From assembly GCA_030265395.1 (NCBI GenBank), contig JARFYF010000012.1:25033174-25097173 (forward strand): 64,000 nt of DNA, in the 5' to 3' direction. The notes beneath the pieces were generated by a model. That model saw only the letters and a list, made by a program, of their open reading frames with translations, made no database searches and had not been told where the DNA came from. Source of the stretch: Rhina ancylostomus. Taxonomy: Eukaryota. A program made the translations under genes and the position numbers. This document shows, piece after piece, positions 55,029-64,000 of this stretch. Positions within the stretch are counted from its first letter, which is position 1. Every line of letters starts with the position of its first letter.

Positions 55029-55373
55029 CCAATCTGCCACCCACACTGTCTGGTCTAAACTTGCAAATTTTGCTTACAAGAGCTGCCCTGCATAAACCAT
55101 TCAATCCTCACTAGCAAGGCTCTGCACAATGCAGGGCTGCATATACATAAAGCCCAGGATATGATGTGGCTAGAACAATTCTTTTCATAGAAATGCTGAA
55201 AAATCTTTTACAGTTAGCTGAGGCATGTGGCTCTGCCCCAAATGACAGGGCCATAGTCTTGGTGTGGCCAACATGTAAATCTGTCAAAAGCCTTGAATGT
55301 TGCTGAATATCTCTCACTGAAAGTCCATTAACAATAAAGAAAGAGGAAAGTTCTATACAGATAATAAACAAAA

Positions 55374-55683
55374 GGAGCAGCAAAGTGGCACAGATAGTAG
55401 AACTGCTGCCTCGCAGCTCCAACAAAAGGTGTTCAATCCTGAACTCCAGTACTGTCTGAGTGGAGCTTGCACATTGTACCATTGACCGCATGGGTTCCGG
55501 TCTCCTCCCATATCCCAAAGACTGGTGGACTCATAGTTAATTTTGCCACTGTAAATTGCTCCTAAGAGTGCAGTTGATAGGAGTGCAGTGTGAATAAAAT
55601 GGGGATTTGTGTGGGATTAGTTAAACGGCTGCTTGAGGCTTGGTGGGTCAAAGGCCCTGTTTCCAAGATGCATGATTCTATAT
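55374..55683 (+). mobile_element. HE1-type V-SINE
   Basis: 'gtggcacagatagtagaactgctgcctcgcagctcc', B-box 'gttcaatcc', 'gtggagcttgca', 'cccaaagac', 'gccactgtaaattgc', tail 'aaggccctgtttcc'. Confidence 0.88.
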
Positions 55684-56199
55684 GGAAAATTAATGGACTT
55701 AAAAACACTTAGGAACACTCAAAACAATAAAAATGCATCCAATCAAACTCAATTACTTCAACCAATTATTCCTTATAGGTGTTCCTCTTCTTCTCCAGCT
55801 AAGGGTATAATATGTTATTAGCACTGTGCTTTCTGAGTGCAGTGTCCACAAAATGTGGACTTTAGTGAGTAACGGAATGCCTTGATCCTCATTTTTAAGT
55901 TTTTAAAATTTAGTTTCATAATTTAATTTTCTTTGCAATTTTAAAATGGAGTAATATAAAGTGGTAAACAAGTAGCCTAGAGTCTCCCAGGTAATTGGGT
56001 AACCAGCCAGAACTGGTTAATTGAAGTCAGGTGACTCAAAAGTGCTGATACCTGGGAAACTAAATCTCTGGGGCCAATGCAAAACAGCATGTTTTTAGCA
56101 CAGCATCCTCTCAATGTGGCATCCAAAAGAAGTGCAGACTCCAGTGAGAAAAGGACTTTAGTGAGGCCACAGTGACAGTGATAAAATTGAATAAATTGA

Positions 56200-59100
56200 T
56201 TAAATTACCTATTTCATGAGAAGCTTGGCAGGTACGTGTTGTGGGAGTTGATTCAAACCATTGTAACCCTCAGGAACCAAATGTCCAGTAAGTTCAGCTT
56301 GAAGAAATTTGGCTCAGAGTGAATTGGCTGGAATCTGAGCTTCAAGCACTACAAGGGAGGGGGAAGGGACTTGGATACTGTGTCAGGAGGCAGCCACATC
56401 TCTCAGATTAAATACTATATAATCAGTCAGTTCAAGAAGACAGGAGTATGTGACTACGAGTGATCTAGGTATAGAAATGCAGACAGTAGCAAAGCAGGAG
56501 TTTCAGCCCTTATACTTGTTCAAGAGATACAAAGTTCTTGTATCCTGTGTGAATGACGACATAGACTGCAGAGTCACTGAGCAAACAGACCACAGCCTTA
56601 TGATCTAGGGAGCCTTTCAGGTTGGGGGACTGAAAAAGAAAGTAGTTATAACAGGTGACAGAATAGTTGGATGGGTGGGTGAAGGGGGGGGGGAAATGGA
56701 AAGTGGTGGCATTTTCTGTAGCTGCAAGCATGAGTCTTAACTTAACATCTCCTTGGGAATGGAGAGAGAAACCTGGAGTGAGAGGGGAAAGATCTAGATG
56801 TTGTGGTCCATGTGGGAAACAATGACATAGATGGATAAATAGAAGGTTCTGCTAAACGGTTGTGAGCAGCTAAGTGCCAAATTAAAAAGAACCACAAAGA
56901 TCTTTGGATTGCTATCTTATCTATGTGCAAATTGCCATAAGGTAAATAAGATCAGAGAATTGAATTGATGTCTCATAAATAGGTGCGAGAGAAATGGGTT
57001 TCAATTCATGGAACACTAGCACCAGAACTGAGGAAGAGAGAGAGATTCTGATGAGGCAGGGTTCAATTGAATCAGGCTGGGACCAGCCTCCCACAGAATC
57101 AACTAGGGCTGGAGATAAGGCTTCAAATTAGTGTGTGTGTGTGTGTGTAGGGGGAACAAGAGTGGTAGGATGGAGATTCCGGTGAGGAGAAGTTTAGAAA
57201 GTTAAAGAGAAAGGATGCAGGACAGCAAAATGGGTAATGATACTCTTGTCTTTCAGAAGGGACAGTATTTCTAAACAAAAGAATATATCCCCAGTTTGAA
57301 ACCAGACAAAAATGGCAAAAAGACAAAAGTGAAGGCCCTTTATCTGAACGCAGACAGCTTTCATAACAAGATAAGTGAATTAATGGTGCAAATAGAAATA
57401 AATGTGTATGATCTAATAGCCATTAGAGATGTGGTTACAAAGTGAGCAAAGCTGGGAATTAAATATTCCAGGAANNNNNNNNNNNNNNNNNNNNNNNNNN
57501 NNNNNNNNNNNNNNNNNNNNNNNNNNNNNNNNNNNNNNNNNNNNNNNNNNNNNNNNNNNNNNNNNNNNNNNNNNCCAGGAAATTAACTGTCAGAAGAGAG
57601 AGGCAAAATGGAAAAGGGTATGGGGCATCCCAAATAATAACAAATGAGGTAAATGCAATAGAGGGTGATCATAGGTTAGAAAATCAAGAAGTAGCATTAG
57701 TTTGTGTGCACCTAAGAAGCAACAAGGGGCAGAAAACATTGGGATTTATGTCTCCAAACAGTGGTAGTAATGCAGAGCACAGTATATATCAAGAAATTAG
57801 AGGTGCATGTAACAACGCAAACACAAAAATCATGGAGGACTTTAATCCACAATAAAACTGGGGAAATCAAATGCAGTAATACTTTGAAGGATGGATTCAT
57901 GGTGTATTCTAGATTTATATGTTTAGGAAGAAGTGAGGGAAAAGGCTATTCTAAATCTAGTATTGTGTAATCAGAAAGGGTTAATTGATGATCTGTCACT
58001 AAAGGAGTCTTTAGGGAACAATGATCACAATATGATAGAGTTTAATCTAAAAATTGAAAGTGGTTAAGTTCAAACTGAAACAAGGATCTCAAATCTGAAT
58101 AAACCTCTATAAGGTGTGAGATGGCTTTGATAGATTAAAAAACTACATTAAAAGATATGTCTGTAAAAAGTAATGGCTAATATTTAAAGAACTAATACTT
58201 CTTTTGCATGTAATAAAATATTCCTGTTAAGGTTTAAAAAAAAAGAGGAAAAGTGGTCTAGCCAGTGGCTATCAAGCGATGTTAAAGATACTATTAGTTC
58301 AAAAGAAAAAGCATACAAAGTTGCCCAAAAATAGACAGTGAACGTGAGGATTAAGAATATTTCAGAATTCAGCAAAGGAGGATCAGGGCATTGATAAGGA
58401 ATGAGAAAGTTACCAAGAGACACAAATCAGTAAGAGCTTCTACATAGATGAGAGAAAAGATGAATTAAAGTTAATGTGGGTCCCTTGCAAAATGAGATAG
58501 ATGAAATTATATTGGGGTGTAAGGAAAAGGCAGAGAAGACAGCACTGAAAATCTCATAGAAGTAGTAAAGAACTACAGAACTTCTAGAATGAATGGAAGA
58601 GTTTTAAAATAATTAGCATCAGCAAAAATTAGCTTTGGACAAAATAATGGGACTGAAAGGGACCTGTTTATCTGAATCCTAGGGTATTAAAGAAGGTGGC
58701 TACGAAGATAGTAGAAGCACTGCTGGTCATCTTGCAAAATTCCACTGAACTGTTTCCACAGATTGGAAACTAAGTGTAAATAGTTTTAGGAAAGGATGTT
58801 GATAGAAAACAGGGAACAATAAACCAGTCAATCTTGCATCTGTAGGAGGGAAAATACTAAAATATGTCTTTGAGGAAGTGGTAACAGAGCACTTGGAAAA
58901 TAATGAGGCAATTGGAAAGAGTCAACATGAATTTATGAAAAGAGAATTATGTGTGACAAATCCATTCAAGCTTTTTGAAGTTGTATAGATAAAGAGTGCA
59001 TAGCTGGATGTATGCAATACAGCTATGTGATGTATTTGGACCTTCAGCGGGCCTGTGATAAGCTATCACTCAAGAGATTATTAAACAAAATTAGAGTGCG

Positions 59101-60184
59101 TGGTATTGTGGGTACTATCCTGCAATAGGCTGAGAATCAGTTAATGGACAGGAAAAAGAGAATAGGAATAAATGGAGTACTTTTGGGTTGGAAACTAGTG
59201 ACTACTGAAGTGCCACAAGGATTGATACAGGAGCCCTGGCTGTTCACAATCTATTTCAATGATTTGGATAAAGGAATCAAGAGTAATATATCTAAGTTAC
59301 TGATAATACAAAGCTAAGGGGAAGTGTAGGCTGTGAGGAGGATGCAGAGAAGTTTCTAACGCTATTGACAATTTAGGTGAATGGACAAGGGTATTGTAGA
59401 CAGAATACAATGTGGCAGAATATAAAGCCATCCATTTCAGTGGAAAAAAAAGAAAAGCATGTTTTTTTTTTAATAGTGATTGAAAGGTGCTGATGTTCAG
59501 AGGGTCCTGGGAGGGAGGGGGGTATTCTTCATACATGAATGTGTTAACGTGCAGATACAGCAAGCAATTAGGAGGGCAAACAATATGTTGGCCTATATTG
59601 TAAGAGGATTTGAGCACAAAAGTAAAAATGTCTTGTTCCAATTATAAAGGGCCCTGCCAAAAACACATCTGAAATATTGTGTACAGGTCTGGTATCCCTA
59701 CCTAAGGAAGGATATACTTGCAAGAGTGGGAGTGCAACAAAGGTTCACCAGATTGATTCCTGGTGTGGTGGGTTTGTTGTACAAGGAGAGATTAAGTAGA
59801 CTGAGCCTATAATCTCTTGAGTTCAGAAGCATGAGAAGTGATCTCATTGAAGCATACAAAATTCCTATGGGGCTTGACAAGGTAGAAGCGGAGCTGATGT
59901 TTTCCTTGACTGGGATGTCTAGAATTGAGGGGTCACAGTCTCAAAACAAGGGGTCAGAGATGAGAAGACATTCCTTCACCCCAGAAGGTAGTGAATCTTT
60001 GAAATTCTCTAACTCAAGAGTCTTGTTGAGTGTATTCAAGGCAGGGATCAATATACTTTTAGATATTAGGTGATATATGGTTAATATAGGAAAGTGGCCC
60101 TGAGGTAAAAGATCAGTTGTGATTTGACAGCAAGGCTGAGGAGTGACAAGGGGCTGAATGAGCTACTTCTGCTTCTATATCTTA
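56200..60184 (+). mobile_element. Near-full-length decayed CR1 LINE (ORF1 esterase plus ORF2 endonuclease/RT)
   Basis: ORF1 SGNH motifs VVITGDRIV (about 56642) and VVVHVGNNDI (about 56800). Endonuclease motifs LYLNADS (about 57338), IMxDFN (about 57830), LGNNDHNMIEF (about 58011). RT motifs KPVNLAS (about 58820), YLDLQRACDK (about 59033), VPQG (about 59210) and a broken FADD (about 59295). 3' tail 'gggctgaatgagctacttctgcttctatatctta'. Many stops and frameshifts; the 5' boundary is fuzzy. Confidence 0.92.
57131..57148. repeat. (GT)n microsatellite inside the CR1
   Basis: Directly visible. Confidence 0.9.
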
Positions 60185-60374
60185 GGTAAGTGAATAGAGA
60201 TGTTGTTTGGTCAGGGTTTTCTGCAGATTTCTAGCACAATCACAAAGTTCCACTCCGCTGCTGGACTCAGTGAGGAGACTGATGTCAGATCACAGTTGGG
60301 AAATGACTGGCAGAAAGTGGGCAGCCAGTTCAGGACTTCCACATTTGCACACGCATCCAGAAATCTCAAACTTG

Positions 60375-62102
60375 GGTGTAATTATTATGGGCTACCAAAC
60401 AAAGTCGGGCAGCATCACCAACAACAGCACATCTCTTTCCGATGAGCTTATTCTATGCACGTTTTGAACAGAAGGGCAATGGTATGTCACCACCCACGTC
60501 GACAGCCTAATATGCACCTGAACCCATGGTTACTGTTGAGGACATAAGATCAGTATTCCAGAGAGTAAACCTGAGGAAAGCATCTGGCCTGTAGGGTGTC
60601 CCTGGCTATGTCCTCAGATCCTGTGCAGCTCAGCTGGCGGGGTATTTGCAGACAGTTTTAACTACTCTCATCTTCACTCTGAGGTTGCCACCTGCTTTAA
60701 GAAGACTACTATTATCCCAGTACTTAAGAAAAACAAAGTAACATGCCTCAATGACTACTGTCGGGTGGCTCTGACATCCACCATCATGAAGTGCTTCAAG
60801 AGGCTGGTCATGGCACGCATTAACTCCAGCCTCCCAGGAAACCTCAACCCACTGCAATTCGCTTACTGCTGAAATAGGTCGATGGCAGACACCATCTCCC
60901 TGGCCCTATACTTGTCTCTGGAATATCTGGACAGTGAAGACACCTGCGTTAGACTATTGCTTATTGACTACAGCTCTGCCTTCAATACTACAATTCCAAG
61001 CAAATTCATCACCAAATCCCAAGGCCTGGGACTCAACACCTCCCTCTGCAACTGGATCCTTGACTACCTCTCCAACAGTCTCCAATTAGTAAGGATAGGC
61101 AGCATCGCCTCTGCCATGATTATTCTCAACACTGGTGCCCCACAAGGCTACATCCTCAGCCCCCTGCTCTACTCCCTATATACTCATGACTGCATGGCCA
61201 GATTCTGCTCTAACTGTACCTACAAGTTTGCAGATGATACCACCATAGTGAGCCACATCTCAAATAACGATGCGTCAGAGTACAGGAAGGAGATAGAGAG
61301 CTTAGTGGAATGATGTCATGACAATTAATGTCAGCAAAATAAATGAGCTGGTCATTGACTTCAGGAAGGGCAGCAGTGTACATGCTCCTGTCTACATCAA
61401 CAGTGCTGAGATCAAGTGGGTTGAAAGCTTTTAGTTCCTTGGAGTGAACATCACCAATAGTCTGTCCTGATCCAACTATGTAGATGCCACAACTAAGAAA
61501 GCTCACTAGCCCCTCTTTTTCCTCAGGAGGCAAAGGAAATTTGGCATGTCCCCAGTGACCTACACCAATTATCAATGCACTATAGAATGCATCCTATCTG
61601 GATGCATGACAGCTTGGTATGGCCCATGACAATAAACAGTTGTGAACACAGCTCAGCACATCACAGACACCAGCCTCCCCTCATGGACTTTCTGTACTGC
61701 TTGCTGCCTTGGTAAAGCAGCCAGCGTAATCAAAGACCCCATCCACCTTGGAACATTCTCTTTGCCCCTGTCCCATCAGGCAGAAGATACAAAAAAGCCT
61801 GAAAGCACATACCACTGGGCTCAAGGACAGCTTTTTTCCTGCTACTACAAGACTATTGAATGGTTTCCTGGTACAATAAGGTGGATTGGTGACCTCAATC
61901 TCCCTCATTATGGCCTTGCACCTTATTGTCTACCTGCACTACACTTTCTCTGTAAGTGTTGCACTTTATTCTGCATTTTGTTATTGTTTTACTTGGTACT
62001 ACTTCAATGCACTGTGTAATGAATTGCTCTGTGTGAACAGTATGTAAGACAAGCTTTTCACTGTACCTTAGTACATGTGACAATAATAAACCAATTCTAA
62101 TT
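60375..62102 (+). mobile_element. Rex1/Babar-clade LINE, 5'-truncated and decayed
   Basis: RT ORF 60882-61313 with LLIDYSSAFNT, CNWILDYL, NTGAPQGYILSPLLYSLYTHDC and KFADDTT. Upstream [18 protein letters not shown]. 3' UTR ends 'catgtgacaataataaaccaatt'. Confidence 0.93.
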
Positions 62103-63208
62103 CATAGAGTAATGCAGTATAGAAACAGACCCTTCAGCCCAACTTATCCATGCTGACCATGGTGCCCACCAAGCTCATTGCATTTGCCTACATTTGAACA
62201 CATCCCTTTAAATCCTTCCTATTCACTTATCCAAGTGTCTGTTGAATGTTGTTACTGTACCTGCCTCAACCACTTTCTCTGACAGATCATTCCATATGCA
62301 TCACTGTGTGTGAAATAGTTACCCCTGGTCCATTTTAAATCTTTCACATTTCACTGTAAACCTATGCCCTTTAGTTTTTAGTTCCTGGGAAACAGACTGA
62401 GTGCATTCACCCTATCTATGCCCCTCAATTTTAAACACCTCTATCAGGTCACCCCTCAAGTTCCTATGCTCCAAGGAATATAGTCCTAGCCTGCCCAATC
62501 TCCCTATAATTCAGGCCTTGAGTCCTAGCAGCATCCTTGTACATGTTCTCTGCAGTCTTTCCAATTTAATAATGTATTTCCTATAAAAGGGCAACTCAAA
62601 TTGTATATATAGTGCAGTCTCACCAATGTCTTCTGCAACTGCAACTCCAATACTCCATGCCCTGACTAATGAAGGCTGGTATGCCAAATGCCATCTTCAC
62701 CATCCTGCCTGTGACATCACTTTCAGTGAACTATGTACTTGGACTTCTTGGTCCCTCTGTTCCACAACACTTCCTAGGGCATGACCATTCACTGTACAAG
62801 TCCTGTGCTGGTTTGACTTCTCAAAATCCAATACCTCTTTTTGAATTGAAAGCATTTGTCAATCCTTGGCCCACTTACCTTGCTGATCAAGATCCCCTTG
62901 TAATTTTTGATAGCCTTCTTCACTGTATGATACCACCTATTTTAGTTATCAAACTTACCTTGCATGCCTTGTACATTCACATCAAAATCATTTATATAAT
63001 TAATGAACAACAAAGACCCTAGCACTAACCCCTTTGGAACACCAATAATCACAGGCCTCCACTCCAAGAAGTGACCTTTAACCATCACTCTGCGCTTCCT
63101 ACCATCAAGCCAATTATGAATCCAATTAGCTGTCTCTCCCTGGATCCTATGCAATCTAACCTTCCAGATTAGCCTGCCATCTGGGACCTTGTCAAAGGCC
63201 TTGCAAAA
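62103..63208 (-). mobile_element. CR1 LINE 3' ~1.1 kb, decayed
   Basis: ORF 62942-63154: WIHNWLDGRKRRVMV...GVPKGLVLGSLLFINYINDFD; KAFDKVP at about 63185-63200. The tail 'agaaacagacccttcagccca' abuts the Rex1 tail. Confidence 0.92.
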
Positions 63209-63214
63209 GACTAA

Positions 63215-64000
63215 TACCCCTGGTGTGAGCTCACCAAGGCAGTTATAATTGTAGTAAGAAGTCCTTACTGCTTACTCCAGTCCTCTTGATATGAAGGCCA
63301 GCAAACTATTTACATTCTCAACCATTTGCTGTACCTGCATGTTAGCTTTTGGTGACTTGTATGAGAATACTCATCTCAAATCAACAATGCCCAATCCAAA
63401 ACCATGGAAATACACTCCCCTTCTCTTTTTCCTAACAAAGTGGAAAACTTCAGGTTTATCCATATTGAACTGCATTTGCTAAGTTTTTATCTATTTGCTA
63501 AGTTCCTTGTTGCTCTGCATTTTCCTCGCCATTCACAATCCCATCAGTTTAATATCATCTGCAAATTGTGAAGTATTACACATTTCTCCTTGACTGAAGG
63601 GGTGAGGTAATGTCCTGTTGCATTCCACTGGTTGCTGCCTGCCAGCTGGAAGACCTATGCATTCTTACTCTTTTTCCTGTCTGTCAACCAATTCTGCAAC
63701 CATGCAAATATGCTATCCCAATCCTGGGAATTTTTTTTTAAATACACAATAATCTTTTCTATGGACTTTATCAAAAAGACTTCCTAATTTCAAATTACAC
63801 CATATTCACTGGTTTTCTCTCTTTAACAGAGACATCAAGAAAACTCCAGTAGGTTTGTCAGGTGTGATATTCCTTCAAGAAATTCATGTTGACTTTGTTT
63901 AATCCTGTTGATATTGATAACTATATCTCATCCTTTAAAAGGAATTTAGCATTTTCCCCCATTGCAAATTTTAGTATTAGCAATCTCATTTCCTGTTTTG
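63215..64000 (-). mobile_element. Second, older CR1 RT fragment (runs off the window)
   Basis: Minus-strand FADDI ('atatcatctgcaaa' about 63552), VYLxxxKSFDKV-like ('gactttatcaaaaagac...tacacc' about 63765-63800) and CLTNLLEF-like ('aactccagtaggtttgtcagg' about 63842). Confidence 0.85.

Noticed and set aside
60882-61313. Reverse transcriptase ORF as an active or domesticated gene
   Set aside because: It is flanked by in-frame stops and frameshifts within a truncated Rex1 copy.

Overview
This is AT-rich, non-coding vertebrate genomic DNA. The repeat content (HE1/V-SINEs, a Deu-domain SacSINE1-like SINE, CR1 and Rex1 LINEs, Penelope-type palindromes) points to a cartilaginous fish, probably an elasmobranch (inference). 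I can support no intact cellular protein-coding gene: the ORF track is noise, N-spanning artefacts or decayed retroelement ORFs. The window has three zones. (1) 1-18.7 kb is unique DNA mixed with old SINE, LINE and MITE relics. (2) About 19-48.6 kb is strongly TE-poor, rich in homeodomain, PBX-MEIS and E-box motifs, and holds 11 of the 12 irregular-length (138-710 nt) N blocks. (3) About 49.5-64 kb is a retroelement pile-up: a near-full-length decayed CR1, a Rex1, two more CR1 pieces and HE1 SINEs. The best leads are that the irregular N blocks may be masked, deeply conserved non-coding elements of a developmental regulatory block; a frameshifted Myb/SANT-like (Harbinger-type) coding fossil at about 40.9-41.3 kb; and a 215-bp palindromic Penelope-type insertion with an exact 13-bp target-site duplication and two degenerate hammerhead-like cores. 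I found no convincing novel multi-gene system. Repeat family names come from recalled consensus features, not a database search, and boundaries of old repeats are approximate.
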